From NCBI GenBank assembly GCA_964016885.1, contig OZ024741.1:380928001-380992000 (forward strand): a stretch of 64,000 nucleotides of DNA. Direction: 5' to 3'. This DNA comes from Eledone cirrhosa. Taxonomy: Eukaryota. This document shows, piece after piece, positions 28,501-43,683 of the stretch. The stretch's first letter is position 1; every line of letters starts with the position of its first letter. A program made the translations under genes and the position numbers. The notes beneath the pieces are model-generated. The model was given only the letters and a program-made list of their open reading frames with translations. It searched no databases and had not been told where the DNA came from.

Positions 28501-28808
28501 ACACAGATAATTAATTAATTATATATCATCATCATCATCATCAATTTTACGTCTGCTTTTCCCTGCTTGCTATATATATATATATATAAGAAAATATACC
28601 TACCATTTCACTTAAGCTATTTGGGGTTATAACCCCCTGGTGTTTCAGAAAATTTATATAACACACCATGAATTAATCTTAAATAGAATTAATTAATATG
28701 TAAATAATCGATATTATTAGTTCTAATTAAGATATAAAATTAATTAATTTATATGCTGTATGTAATTTTCCATAAACACTAATTGCCCTATCGACTTATA
28801 TACATATG

Positions 28809-28879
<71 letters not shown>

Positions 28880-29599
28880 TCTATATATATATATATATAT
28901 ACATCATCTCACATATATACGTGCACACATACAAACACAAACACATCTATATATAGACTATATGTGTGTGTGTATGAGCATGCATGCATAAATATATACA
29001 CACACAATTGTACCTATATGTAATATACACAAACATATATAGTCTAACTGATAAAACATGTAATTATTATGAACACGCTGAAACTATCTAAAACCAACAG
29101 GACTGGAATTAAAATCCTTGATTACAATTTCTATATTTCCATATTTTATAAGAGAGTCGACTTTAGATCAAAATTTCTCTATCCTTGACCATCTCTATTG
29201 AGATTACTCTGTATTATGATTAGCAGATTTTTACTGCACTATTTCCTGCATGATGTTTAATACCACCGTGTCTTTGAAGCCACTGATTTCAACATCTACT
29301 TAGCTATTTAAATACTTCTTGAATCAGGTGGTTGAGTGAGTGTGTCCATTAGTTTGGGTGTGCCAAGCTTTCCTGAGTTGGGAAAGTGTTGTGGGTACAA
29401 GGATTCATCAGGGAAGATGAATCAGCCAAGATTTCTTCTAAATTTTCATGCTAGCATGGGTTTGCACATAACAGTCAGGAGTATATTGGCAGGTAAGGAA
29501 CTGAGAGTTATTGCATCTCTCAGCTTCAGGTTTAGGGTAGAGGGACGTAGGTGTGTTAGCCAACCTCCTTATGTTACTTCATTTCACTTGTGTGGAAAG

Positions 29600-31730
29600 G
29601 TGGGCTTCTCATATTACACAATATTGCCAGTTTTCTCAGACCAAGCTCATCTCTTTGGGAGGTTTAGCTTAATGAGGTCGGTTCTCACCCTATCATTCCA
29701 GGTTTTCCAAGGTCATCCTCTTCCAAGGGTTACTTTGACTTTAAATGCCCTACATTTCTTTATGCAATTGCTACACTTTACATGCATAAAATATCCATAC
29801 CATTGCAGATTCTATTCATGCACACTGCAACTGATGCCTCTTATGCCTAGTTTTTCTCTTAGCTCATTGACACTTCATCACGTATATATACTATTATTAC
29901 ATGTCCATCAGAGCATCGTTGCCTAAGTTCTTTCCAATCTTTGTAAATCTATCCTACACAAAGCCCAAGTCTCACTAAATTTAGCATTGTTGTTTGCATG
30001 GAAGCATCATACAACCTGCCTTTCATTCTGAGGGAGAGACCCTTTGTAACCAGCAGTGATAGTAGCTCCCTGAACTTTTTCCAACCAGCTTTTCCTCTGG
30101 CTACTGTACTTTTGTAACACGCACCCACAAAGGTAATTTGGTCCTCTAGCAGTCAACTATTTCTAGGAAGACTTCTAAGCATTTGATGGGGATTGTTTCC
30201 TGTGTGCTATTGGTGCTTACTACTCCTGTGCAGTGACTGCATACAAACCTACATTCTTTGCTAGGTGGCTTGCAATGCCACTACATCGTTTGTGTACATA
30301 CATTTTACATTTTGTACAAAGATGGAATTTCCTGCATATTAACCACAACAATTTCCTAAAGGAATCGGGGCCTTTTTTTCTTTTTTAATTTCTAGGAATT
30401 TGGCTTTTACTCTGTTGAATTTAAGGCATTTGATTCTAGTCTTGATTCCATGTCTAGAATTTCTTCTCTAGTTTTAGATTTCAGCCATCACGACTAGATG
30501 ATTGGCATATAAGAATTCCTATGAGAAGTCAGTTTTAAATTATTTTGTTATGGTCTGAAGGACAATAATTAACAGGAGGAGGCTTATAACAGAAATCTTG
30601 TGAACCCCTACCTGCACGCTAAATTCCTCTCTATATTGATTGTTGGTTCTAACCAAACTGGCTGCATCTCTATATATAGCTTGCACTAACTTCACCAGCC
30701 ATTCCTCTACACATAGTTTCTAAGAGCCCACCAGAGTATGGAATGGGGAGCCTTCTCAAAAGCCTTTTCCAGATCATCAAATGTTAGGTTAAGGGACTTC
30801 CTCTAAGCTAGGTAATTCTCCAGCAGCTGTCTCATAAGGAAGGGGGCACCTGTGGTACGGTTATGCAGCATAAAACTGCTTCTTGTCTATCTTAATTCTA
30901 TTCAAAATTAGTTGCACAATAACTCTTTCGGTAAATTTCTTAACCTGGTCCATCAACTTGATGTATCTGTATTTTCCTGTGTCTAGTGCATCTCCTTTGC
31001 TTTGGTATTAGTTGATGCTGCTGTTGCTATGCCAGATATAAGGTTTCATTCTCTCCTGTATTACTTGATTAACTATGTATGTACTTAGTGAATGTCTCAA
31101 CCAACCAGATTTGATCAGCATCTCAACTACTAACACTGATGGACCCCCTTCTTTGTTTGTCTTCATATCCTTAATTGCGTTACTTACTACACTTCTGCTA
31201 ACTTGGGTGGCTGGTCCTTCATTTGGATCTGCTTCAGGCAGGCCATTTTCATCCCTTGCATTTACCTATCTCTCATAATTGCTCTTCTGTGCTTTTTTCT
31301 TCTTAGCATTAATCAGAGCAAGTGTGCCACTGCTACATTGGACACATTTCTTTACACCATCTTAATTTTCTCTCACACATTGCCATGGAATCTTAAATAC
31401 ATGCATCTGGTCCTCACAGAGCAGAACATGTGCAAACATCTTCTAACATCTTGATACTATTCCTTGTTTCCCCTATTTTGTCAGTCCTTCACTGCTTATT
31501 TCTTAAATTTAATTGCCTCATCTATCCCACCACCATGTCTCTCTATGTCTTCCTAGGGGGCTTGCACCAGCCATAGATCTTGTCAGTAGCCTTCAACAGG
31601 GTATACTGCAGGAAATTCCATAGTATGTCTAAGCTGCCAGTCTCTAACATTTTTCCTATAATCATAATTGACAATCATGGCATGTCTGAAGTTGTCACAA
31701 ACAGAGGACTCCCTTAGTTTCAATGTCCTT
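29600..31730 (-). pseudogene. heavily degenerate RTE LINE (RT region)
   Basis: Minus-strand remnants DLEKAF, VGVH..SV..LLLLIIVLQ, GWKKFRELL, WYGY..HV, G.PWKTW; many stops and frameshifts. Confidence 0.75.
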
Positions 31731-32377
31731 GCTTTCACTCTAGTAACTCTACAATCTCACATGAATTCCCTTTCATCATTTGAACATTGTTAGTGGTTGC
31801 ACTGAGGTTTTGAAGTTTACATAGAGGGAGAATAACTTGGATGATAGGTTGATTGGTATTAGATTTGGTGTCCTGTATGGAGATGTAGAAAATTTGCATG
31901 GTCTTCCAGTCATATTCGTGAGCATGGTGAGATATTTCAACCCACATTCTAAACAGATGTCATAACTATTTTGCTTATCCTGGTGTGAAACTGATTGTTT
32001 GATTGGCTAGAGACTGCTGATGGTTGTGGCGAGGGAGCAGAGAGGAGATTGGGTGCAGGTAGGAGAGAGGATATAAATAGTACTTCAGAAGAGAAGCAGG
32101 CTGAAAGCACATGCCAAAAGAAATAGAACCTCTATGGTCATAGGAGAAATTGTGTTAATATAAGACAAAAGACAAAATAAGCTTTAGGGGAAAAGGATGT
32201 TATAAAAAAGAAAAAAATATATGACAGTCTTTGACAGAAAAGTGCTTACATTTGAAATAATCACATGTCTATTGAAAACATAGTGTTGTTTAGAAATGTC
32301 TAAACAACACTATGTTTTCAATAGACATGTGACTATTGAAAGGGCCAGGGAGAGGACAATAACACAGTCCACATGTA

Positions 32378-32501
<124 letters not shown>

Positions 32502-33496
32502 CTGCTATGAAAGTCAACTAATTGGCAGATTCATTAGAATGTTGGATGGAATGCTTTGTGGTATTGTTCTGTTTTGCTGTGCTCTGAATTCAAATTCTGC
32601 TGAAATCAATTTTCTCTTTCACCCTTTTGAGGTCAATATAACTGGGCCAGTCCAGTACTGGGGGTGATTCTCCTTCTATATCTTATCCTCACTCTACTTC
32701 ACTAGAAGAAATCTGTTGTATTCAGACCTGAAGAGGAATGGGCTTTACCAGATTTAAAAGCCCAAGACACACAGTATGTCACAATGGCATCCCTATTTTT
32801 CCATCAGTAGTTACGAGTTCATACATATACTATCAAAACGAAAGTTATATTTTCATAATAATTTTGAATGTATTTTTATATGAGTGTTTCTTTTCCATTG
32901 CTAACAAATTCACTGCATTTAAATCTTTATTCAAATTTATATAATTACATGTATTGTAGAGGTAGATTTTGTAGAGTTGAAAATAGTTAACATTGAAATA
33001 AAATATATATATATTTTTTTCGTCTATTTCTTATTTTAATTCGGGTGTCTGAGACTGAAAGTTCTTTGCCTAGAGATAAATGAAATAAATACTAATGATT
33101 AAGTTTGAACTCATAACCTTGGTGGGGACGCTCTACTACCTTACCCTCATATCCAGTAACCACCGTGGGAATATAATTGAAATATGTTTCAGCTATTTCT
33201 GAATCCTTAGGCATATAGTACAATTTTACAGTCTGAGCAGCAAATTAATTTCCTTAGCTTGTTTCCATTTTAATTCTAAAAATTCTAGTAATGAAATCAT
33301 CACAAGTAATTAGAGAATTTACAACAAAGTAATGTAGCAACCAACATATGAGAGATTAAAAAATAATGTTATATTATTTCATTAGAAAATAGAAAAAATG
33401 AAATATTTACAACTCACAGCTATGCACATGTTTTGTTTACTTTTATGCATTTTTTATTGCACTGATATATATATATGATACACTATATATAGAAGA

Positions 33497-34390
33497 AAAC
33501 ACAAAAAAGGGTTATGTTTTCATTTACAAGGCTAAAGAACCACTATAATGAAGGATATATGGTCTACGAAAAGTGGAGAAAATACATAATAATTGCGAGG
33601 TAAAATTAAAATGTAAAACATCCACCTTTATAACTATACACACCTGGACATTCCCAAAGCAGAGAATGTTTCATCAAAATGCTGGTTCGATACCTACTCA
33701 GGGGTTTATCAATAGGTGTAAAGAAGGTATAGCCAACACATCAAAGGATACTTTAGACAACTGAATAAAGCACATGGTGGTAGAAAGAAAATATGTGCAC
33801 CAGTAAATATATTGTTGTGGTGAATGGATCAAGAAGCCACTAGAAATGGCAGCCTATAACCATTGAACTTAGAAAGCTCAACTAATGAATAATTATTCAT
33901 TAGTTGAGCTTTCTAAGTTGAATTATAATTTAACAGCGAAAACAATTGAAATAAACGGAGTTAAAGACTTGTTTTGATCCCCTGTAATTTTATGAGTTCA
34001 AGGAATAGATTACCAGGCTCTCAATAATACAGCATATAAAAAAGAAATCACAAAAAAGGGTTATGTTTTCAGTTACAAGGCTAGAGAACCACTATAGGAT
34101 ATAAGGTCTACGAAAAGTGGAGAAAATACATAATAATTAAGAGGTAAAATTAATATGTAAAATATTTCAGTTGTCTGAAATATCCTTAGACATGTTGGCC
34201 ATACCTTCTTTACACCTGTTGATAAGCCCTGATAAGGTATCGAACCAGCAATTTGGCAAAACATTCTCTTCTTTGGGAATGTCCAGGTGTGTGTAGTTAT
34301 AAAGTGAGTGTATTACATTTTAATTTATTCCTTGAGCTCATAAAATTACAGTGGATTAACGCAAGTCTTTAACTCCGTTCTTTTCAATCA
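33497..34390. repeat. scrambled direct/inverted repeat unit with a 54-bp perfect palindrome
   Basis: 33499-33618 repeated at 34048-34163; 33600-33763 inverted at 34167-34326; 33947-34010 inverted at 34322-34388; palindrome 33866-33919. Confidence 0.75.
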
Positions 34391-37019
34391 CACACACACA
34401 CACATATATATTAATGTGTTGATTTAAATAAATGAATTTAGTTTCTGTTGGTCACTAATATATTCAGGAATAATTTGGGATTTTTAGTTAGTATGAACTA
34501 GCTGTGAATTAGCAGAGTCATTAGAGTATAAGATTAAAAATGCTATATTTGTTCCAGTTCACTACAAACTGATTCAAATCCTGCAAAAGTCCACTTAGTC
34601 TTTCATCATTTGGAGGTCAATAAATAAAGTAGCAGTTGGGACTAGGGTGGAATCTTTATCTATATCACTATCAACGAAATCTGCTATGCTTTGGCCTTGA
34701 GAGGGATGGGTTCTACTAGGTTTAAAATGCCCAAACCATGCCATGTATCAGGTCAGTATCCCTACAATCAAGAGTTAAGTGCTTCAGCAGTTAAGTGCTT
34801 CTTACCTTTACATTTTTCCTCTTACTACTATTACAGTAAATGAAACTATCATACAAGAGAACATCTGATAATTTTAAGTAGGTTGTTGTGCTGATATGTA
34901 TTTTTTAGCATTGAGCTCAGTAGATTAAATTAGTTTCTGCTGGTCATTGATAATATTCAGGAATAATTTCAGATTTGTACTTAGTCTATAGATAGAACAT
35001 GCTTCTTCTTGCACCAGATGTTCAGCTCATTTTATTCCTATTTTTAGAGAAAAATAAATCAATTTTGTGTTAAATTCACTCAAAATTGCCCAAATAAATA
35101 TATTTAATATGTCAAACAATTGACAATCTCAAAATGTTATATCTAATTAACTCAAACATTTCTAAATAAATTGAACAAATAAGGCAAACTCAGAAAATAA
35201 AGAATAGTTAAAAATTATAAAAGTATTTTAAAGATTGAAATTTTGTTTTGTGAATGATTTCATCTTTTCTAATGAGAGACCATATATAATTTCCCAGTAT
35301 GGTATTCATTTAAGAAAAATGATCTTCTGTAGTTCAGAGAGTAGTTTTGAACCATATCAAAGTTAAAGAGTTATTTCCTGATATCACAGATTGCTTTACT
35401 TGACTTTAGGGCTGGGGTATAAAAATAACAACACAGTTATTGCATACTTTGCAATAAATCATCTACTGAGATTGAAGATTGATTGTGTATATGAAAGTGC
35501 AAGTGTAATTACCATAATTAGAAGATAATTCAAAATAGCAGCATGTGACATTCATACCTTTTAATATGAACAACATAGCCTGAGTGCAAATTATTCATAA
35601 CTGCTGGACTCCTTTACTAAAGGTTTCATGATATGTCTGGATTTCACAAGTGAGCTTATTTGCAACTTATATGCAGTCGATGTAGCTGCTAGAAATAGCA
35701 GCCAAATATTTCTCAAATAACCCCATAATATCTTAGAAAAAGAAGGACTACATTAAATACTACTCTTCTAGATATACAGAATTATATTTAAGAAAAACAA
35801 AAGCAAAAAGGCAAGTAAGCACAGCTGCAATGTCTTTGATAATAGATTTGCTTAATCAAATCTGATGTGGTGTAAAACAGTCACAGCAGCAGATATTTTT
35901 ATCAGACGGCTCAGATGATATAGTGTATTTGACAAGCAACGACTTTACTACATAGGGTACAGCAACATATGACCTGGATTCACTACTAACTGAACAAAAA
36001 AAACCTTCCATACTTTGATAATTTTTGGCTAACCTAACATTATCACTGATTGATTCAACCTATAATTGGAGGCATCCTAGATATGACTATCCTGTCTTTA
36101 TGTATATTTGTGATTCAGATTGATTAAAATGTAAAGAAAGTTTGGTGAATGGACACTATTTGGAAGTATGTTCTTATTCTTGGATGACATATGTAATTCA
36201 TTGATCTATTTAATACCAAACCCTCGACCTTGGTTGATGTTAGCAAAGTCCATTCTGTTGCAAACATTCAAATCTAGTCTCTGATTGGAATGTACCTTTC
36301 TCACTTTCACCCTCACATTGTAGAGCCTCTCAATGTCATCATGGTATCTTCTTTCTTTAGTAAAGCAATTAAAACATTTTAAGAGTCAGCCCTTCCAATC
36401 AGAACATGGTAAAGTATAATTTGACAAAGATTTAGTGACTATTTCTAGCAGCAGATTCCCCAACCAAGCAAAGGCCCTTTCATTGAAATCTCATTCATTA
36501 ATTTACACAATAATTAAAAAGGAGGGATTCTATTAGGAATATATTCAACCCTTTATATGATCCTTTTCAAGCAAAAATATTCTCCTGATGAAATATTTCA
36601 ATGAGAGTATTAATATCATACCTTAGTTTTTGGCTTTTACAGTAAATAAATTGGGAGAATAAGTACCAGTGATCATTTTTCTTTCTATCCATAAAATATT
36701 CAACATCACTATTTGTTAAACCAGACTGCAAATGAGAGAAACATGGATATTTTATAAGATATAAATGATACTATCTATCATTATAATTCCCACATTCTGT
36801 GGGTTAAGTTATGGAAGTGATGGAAGGCAGAATGTTAAATTAAGTGCAAGAATTGCAGTAGCTGGTGCAGTAATGCAATAGTTCGCACATTTGATTATCA
36901 GATGGGAGGTAGGTGTAAAAGTTATACACACTATCTTTAATTTGGTATTCAAACCAACCCTTGCCTATGTTTATGAATCATGGAAAATGGCCAAAAGAAT
37001 ATGATCACGCATACATATT

Positions 37020-37445
37020 ACCAAATTGGGACTCCTCTGAATGGACTTTAGAGTAATGTCACTCAATAGAGTTCACAGCTTGGAGTTCAGTGAGTCATCC
37101 AGATAGAACAGTTCCTTCTCTGAATTGAGTGATCACAGCTTCAATACTATAGACATGCCGGACAGATTCTAAGGGCAAAACCAACTGGCAAGAGTCCAAA
37201 GACGTCGACCAAAGTGGTTGGATAATATTCATGAGGTTGGTTGATCTCGCTTGAGGATTTAAACATATACTTTGGATAGGAACTTCTGGAATGCATGCCA
37301 AAAGACTCTTCCCCCATGACCCTCCTAGGAATAAGTAGGCGAAGAAGAAGAAAAAGAAGAAGAGGGAGGAGGGGGAAGATGGGGAAGAGGTGGGGGAGAA
37401 GAAGAAGAAGAAGAAGAAGAAGAAGAAGAAGAAGAAGAAGAAGAA
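37020..37445 (+). pseudogene. degenerate RTE-like LINE 3' end with (GAA)n tail
   Basis: AGQILRAKPTGK...KWLDNIHEVG followed by (GAA)n. Confidence 0.65.
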
Positions 37446-38104
37446 ATTGAGATAATGAAACATGTAAAACACATCTAAACACATTGATTATTCCCAAAAC
37501 ATATGTCTGACAAAAAATTTTAGACAAATCTTCCGATAATCAAACTATCTTCTAAAAAACTACAAAAGGTTTTATTCTATAGTGATACACAAATAGAGAT
37601 AATGATTGTAGAAATGCAGTTGAACATAGGTTTGTGCTATCTTGATTTATAGTTAAACAACACTTGGCCAGCATCTGGCACTTTCATAGCAAATTTATAT
37701 TAAGGTTCTCACGAAAGATGTATACCAAACGATGGTCTATACTTCAGTGGTTAAAATTTCTTTTCCAATATGAATTTGTTAGTAAACAATTGACATTGAT
37801 CCAAGACAGAGATGGCAGCAACAGCTTGGAAAATGTAACAAAAATTAGACACATTTATGTGTCTGATTAAATCTAGATTTATTTAGCATAAGACTTCACT
37901 TTATATATAATCAACTAGACAATGTAGAAAGCACCCAGATTTCCAGGAAATTTTGTATCAGGCTATGATCCTTTAAGATTTCAAAGGAATGCATTAATTA
38001 TGTTGATACCAAACTGCCTGAAACCAGCCAGGCTCCAAGGTACAAATCTCTGATTTTAAAATGATTATCCTTGAATTAAAACGCTTCATCTTAAATAAAT
38101 ATTT

Positions 38105-38320
38105 GTTTCTACTTTAGGCACAAGGCCAGAAATTTGAAGGCGAGGGGAAAGTCGATCAAATCTATCATAGTACTTACTGGTACTTTGTTTCATTGACCAC
38201 ATAAGTATGAAAGGCAAAGCTAACCTCGGCGGGATTTGAACTCATGATGTAAAGGACCGTAACTCGATGCTGGAAAGCATGTTGTCTGATGCTCCATTGA
38301 TACTGCCAATCCACCACCCT
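38105..38320 (-). mobile_element. SINE
   Basis: Reverse complement contains GAGTTCAAATCCCGCCGAGGTTAGCTTTGCCTTTCA. Confidence 0.65.
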
Positions 38321-39450
38321 ATCTTAAATTAATAATAAATTGGAAATGCACAAGTCAGACAGGTTATAATAACTATTTCTTGCTTGCTTTTATCAAATAC
38401 TAGCCATCTCGGAGAGAAGACATTGATCATTTGTTTTGAAATGTTTCAACTCCACATTTGAAAGGAGGGTAATAGCCCTGCAATATCATGTTGAAACCAC
38501 AATGGCTAAAGCATTACTTTGTTTGCCTTTTGTATTTTTCTACCATGTTGTATTGGCTTTTTGAAAATGATCAGTCTTTTATTACATATCACACAATGCT
38601 TTGTATCAATTACACTCCTTTATTCATCTTAATTATATTCTAGAAATGTTTATGCAATGTTATAAACACCAGCTTACTAATGAAAAACTTTATTTTATTA
38701 AATTCATGGAAAAGGCAGTGTTTTGCATTAGAAATACTGTAATGATAACAGTTAATAAGGTACAATAAACATGTACAAGAACATTGTCATTTACATGAGT
38801 AATTTGTATAGTAGTTTAAAGTTGTCCATGACCGTGGGTTTAAATAAATTATTCCTTTAGTTATCTATAATATATTTGTGTTTTCACTGCTTGTGAAATA
38901 ATTAATGAAGCACATCAAATTGCTTATTTCTTGCTTGAAGATATCTATATGTTGTTATTGTTTCTTCTCCGGTCAGTCCTAATGAAGCACACCTATAACC
39001 TAAGACATTAAAGCTATGAACCCTTCCTTATTCAAGATAAGAGTAGTCTGGAAAATGGTTATCCAGCAACCAATTGATACAGATTTAGAGTCCTGCCAGG
39101 GATTCTGGTTTCTTTTCTATCTCGGAGTGTTATTTATAATGTCTAATAAGAATAAGGTGTTGTCTATTCGGGAATAATGATCAATGCAATTGAGAACTTC
39201 CTGATAGGAATTTAGAGGGAAGAAAAACAAACAAAAGATTGTTTGTTGGCTGTAAATTTAGATTTGTAGTACATACATATAACAAAAAATATTGTAGTAT
39301 AATTTCAATCATTGTTTTAATTTCATTCTATATTATACTATTATGAAGATATTTACTTTACAAAAAAGATTTCAGCTTCAAAAATTCCTTCACTTTTGCA
39401 GAGTTTTGGCAGGTGTCTGTCTGTGAGCAAGGGAAAGTGAGACACAGAGT

Positions 39451-39521
<71 letters not shown>

Positions 39522-39824
39522 ATCGAAGTCAGTGTTGCAGCATAGCATATGTACAAGATGTTGAAAAAGAGTCGGGCACCGTTATATTGATTGTACCTTG
39601 AGCTGATCAATATTGAAACAATTGTAATATGCCAATAAAGTTTATATATATGCTGCAACACTGACTTTAAATCTACTGAATATATTTACACTCTACACAC
39701 TGCAGTCGCCTCAACTTTGGAATATAACCCACACAAGACGGACCTCATTACAGCACTGAGTACTTCGATCAGCATGCTGCATAATTACATAACTAATTAA
39801 TAGATATATATATATATATATGTG

Positions 39825-40105
39825 TGGAAAAAATGAAATTTCATTTCTCACTCTTAGTATGGCTGATACTTAAATATAAGTATGTATACGTACATACATA
39901 TATGTATACAGACGTACAGTAATATGTATATACATACATACATGCACACATATATATATGTACGTATGGGTTTACCGAACATTTATTATATTGTTCGGTT
40001 TGTTTGTAAACAAACAGCCCGAATTAAGCCGTACAGTGTTCGGCAACCATCGTTGCCCTTTTGTTCAACACTGACAAAGGAACGATGAACTAGTTTCTAG
40101 CTTAT
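39825..40105 (-). mobile_element. solo degenerate copy of the 48.7-49.5 kb HHR repeat
   Basis: Aligns by eye to 48700-48995; truncated inside the HHR. Confidence 0.75.
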
Positions 40106-40859
40106 TATGTCTGTATACATATATGTATGTATGTATACAGCAACAGTAAAAGAGAGAGTACCACGAGCAACAGCAACAACAATAACAACACCATCAAGGA
40201 TCACCAAAACCACCCAAGGATGTGTCCAAACAATCTCTCACGCTCCCTTCTTTCAAACACGCAGACACAAAACAACATTCACAAATCCCTAAACGCAGAG
40301 TCCCCAGAGACTAGTTCCTCCACATCCCAAGTGAAGATAAGGGGGAATCCCCCAACCCCCCAAAATAACGATGAAAAAAGGAAACACAGAAAGAAAAATA
40401 ATATTCACACATACCAACAAGCACGTTAAACACACCCACAACAACAACAACACAACGGTTAACAAAAACATATCCACTACCAACAGCACCAACACAACCG
40501 CAAATAAACAAACGAAAACATTCAAGGCAAGAGACAAAAACAAAAACACACAACTTCGTGTGTGTTTTTGCTCTCGCCATACAAAGCTAAACCATTGAGA
40601 AAGAGAGAGAGATTTTCAGCACATGCACCTTGAAGGTGGCCCAAACAAATTTGATAGTGTGGATGCCGTGAGAAACTTACAGAAACATTAGGGAGAGCTT
40701 CCCATACGAGATAGGGAGTCCTTGGATAAACAACTCGAGTAGGCTATTAAAAGGGTTCCCAAGAGAAATCCCACCAACCAGAAATAGAGGCCAAAGCCCT
40801 GCCCTCCACAAGCACCTGGGAGGTAAATAGATATTTTCTCTCTTACTTAACCAGCCAAC

Positions 40860-41480
40860 ATGGCCATTTTAAGAGTGGGATATTTGAATATTCATGGCCT
40901 GGGTTTGTCGTAGAAGAAGGGTTGCTTGCTGAACACCCTCAGGTCACTAGATATGGATGTAACTGCTGTTAGTGAGACAAGAATTTTTGATACACACGCA
41001 CATTTTCGATGACTATCAGATTTTCGCCTCTCTTAGTTTGCCGGGAAGGAAAGGTGGGGTGGCAGTGCTGTTTAGAAAACACTGGAATGTCGAAGTAAGG
41101 TTGATCATCCTAGACATGGAGGGTAAATTTGAGGTTCTTGACGTGAGCAATAGTGAAGCTGGTTCCTTTAGACTGGTGGCTGTCTACGCCTGCAAGACTT
41201 TCTGGTAATACCTCGCTCCTTACTGTTAGCGAGGAACTGAAACGGCATCTTAGACGCACACTGGGATTAAGTGGGTGTAGCTGATAAAAGTGGGTGATGT
41301 AAAAGCCTCAAGTACCCCACCAGCCGGTTCCAACTGTCTGACAGGTACCGACAAAATTTGTGAAACTGTACCAAACGCATAGGGTCATCTAGATTATACA
41401 TATATATGTTTTTTATTAGGTCAGTAAATAAGGATAGTACAGATTGGCCCCATTTTCAAACGATCGCCTATTCAGATCAA
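40860..41480 (+). pseudogene. L1/Tx1-type LINE ORF2 APE endonuclease remnant
   Basis: MAILRVGYLNIHGL...VSETR...GGVAVLFRK...FRLVAVYA, with stops; upstream low-complexity 40140-40860 may be ORF1. Confidence 0.75.
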
Positions 41481-42569
41481 AATTGTTGGACTTGCGCCCA
41501 AATCAGAACCTATTTTTATTAATATTATTTTGCATTTGAGAATAACATACTGCCAGCATGTAGCATAATTTCAATTTTTTAGATGCTCATATAAGTAGAC
41601 ACAATCTTCTAGACTCTTCAAGCCTTAACAGCTGAAGTGAGAAATAGAAACAACAGCATTGAAATGGTACTTTATTTATCGACTACAAAATGTTGACTGG
41701 CAAAGTTGACCGTGGCGGGATTTGAAAGAAGAAAACAGGAAGAAATATCACAATACATTATACCCCATAGTGTGACTACTCAGCCGTTCGACCACCTTAC
41801 ACTCGCTCTGTTGAAACGTTGTTAGTATGTTGTACGAAAATAAAATGGGTGTTCGCACTCTATATATTGGTTAAGATAAAGGGGGAAATGTGTTGCGGGG
41901 CTGATAGGTATGACGAGATGGAGAAGGTAAACATAACAAAAAAGATGGGTATGGGAAGGAGTTAGGGGGTGATGGGAAGTTGAGGGAAGGGAAGGTGCTA
42001 TGGGTGGTGAGAAGCTTGGTTAATGGTGACAGGGTGAAAGAAATGAGGATAGGGTGGTGTATCAATATGGAAAAGTAAAGAAAGGCAACAAATAGATACA
42101 AATAAATAATATAAATAAATCCAAACTGGAAAAAAACTAGTTTCTTTACCAAAAATGCTATAAAAGAAACTACAAGGAAGAAGTAGAATTTAAGACATTA
42201 GGTGAGTTGGAAAAGTAAACAGTATAGAAATAGTATAAATAGATAGAAAAATTGACAAAAAAAAAAAATTGTGGTAGGAAAAAAAGTAAGTTAAGATAGG
42301 TGATGCTAGGTCATGAAAAAGTAGGAAGATCAAAGGTTGCAAGTTACTGTGTGGAGAGGTAAGATGAAGATTAACAGTAAAAGCTGGAGGGTGAATTGAG
42401 TTGAAAATGAAATTACGCTGAACAGTTAATAAGCTAAGCGAATGAATGTTAAGATGTATTAAAGTGAAGAAGCTCTATTATGTCTCAATATTTAAATGTG
42501 TATGCATGCGATTGTGTGAGTGTGTGTATGGGTATATGTGTGTGTGTATATATATACATATATATTTAT

Positions 42570-43004
42570 ATATTATTCAGAATATTAATAAATGAAGAAA
42601 GACATTCACATAATCAAAATATATGTTTTATTATAGATATTTCGAAGGTACATGTGTTGTTTTTTCAGTACGTCCTCGTCAGATGAAATACATGAATTGA
42701 TGTGTGACATACCTCAACGGTCTTGATGGTTCAAATCCAATATTCCAGAATTGAACCATCAAGACCGTTGAGGTATGTCACACATCAATTCATGTATTTT
42801 TATCTGACGAGGACGTACTGAAAAAACAACACAGTACCTTCGAAATATATATAATAAAACATATATTTTGATTATGTGAATGTCTTCATTTATTAATATT
42901 CTGAATAATATTAATAACTCCAGAAAACGTCTTTGTAGAGTGCTTTTAATCTATTGTAAAACTATACTTATTGACTAATCAATGAACCATATTAATCTTT
43001 GGTT

Positions 43005-43005
<1 letters not shown>
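42570..43005. mobile_element. non-coding fold-back mini-PLE with two inverted HHRs
   Basis: Arms 42570-42734 and 42751-42911 with a 16-nt loop; HHRs at 42626-42688(-) and 42798-42859(+). Confidence 0.85.
42798..42859 (+). ncRNA. hammerhead ribozyme
   Basis: ttttat CTGACGA [ggacgtactg...cagtaccttc] GAAAT ATAT ATA ataaaa. Confidence 0.85.
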
Positions 43006-43036
<31 letters not shown>

Positions 43037-43640
43037 TTATATATATATAAAAGTTTACATATATATATATACATACACATACATATACGTGTTTTGCAAC
43101 TGGTCACTTTGTGGCTCAATGAAAAATTAATAAATTAAACAATCAGAGCTATATATCATAAAACATGTCTATAGAATCACAAGATAAAATATATACTATT
43201 TCCACTCCCAATTAGCATAATTAACTATATAAAAAATCGAATAGACCAGGTTATACGAATGAGGCTTCTATAAAGGAATCTCCGACAAATAACCGAAACT
43301 AGCGCTTCGCGTCGGCCGTAGCGGAATATTTATCGAATATTTCGACAGCGTAATCGCCTAGATATAGTCAACTAAACAGAATTAGGTATAAAATAAACTA
43401 GGAGAAAATAGAATGCATTTAAATACCTCTACCATGGTTTCGTCCGTGTTTTGAGTTTTCCAATAATTATGTATATATTGTTATACTTTGGGAGGGTCAT
43501 GTTGCCAATAAAAAACACGCACCAGTTGCTTTCACTTCAATTTATTATAATAAATTTATAATAAATTTATAATAAATTTATAAATTTATAAATTTCTGGT
43601 TGGTTGGTTGGTTCCACAACCAGATAGTTGTTTATATATT

Positions 43641-43683
43641 GTCATAGTTCTTTCGTCACACACTCTGTGACCTCTTCAGTGAC
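43641..43683 (-). ncRNA. minimal hammerhead ribozyme
   Basis: reverse complement of 47152-47194. Confidence 0.65.

Noticed and set aside
43420-43450. Minus-strand GAAAC CATG GTA half-hammerhead
   Set aside because: The CUGANGA half is absent, probably removed by truncation or the adjacent insertion; not counted
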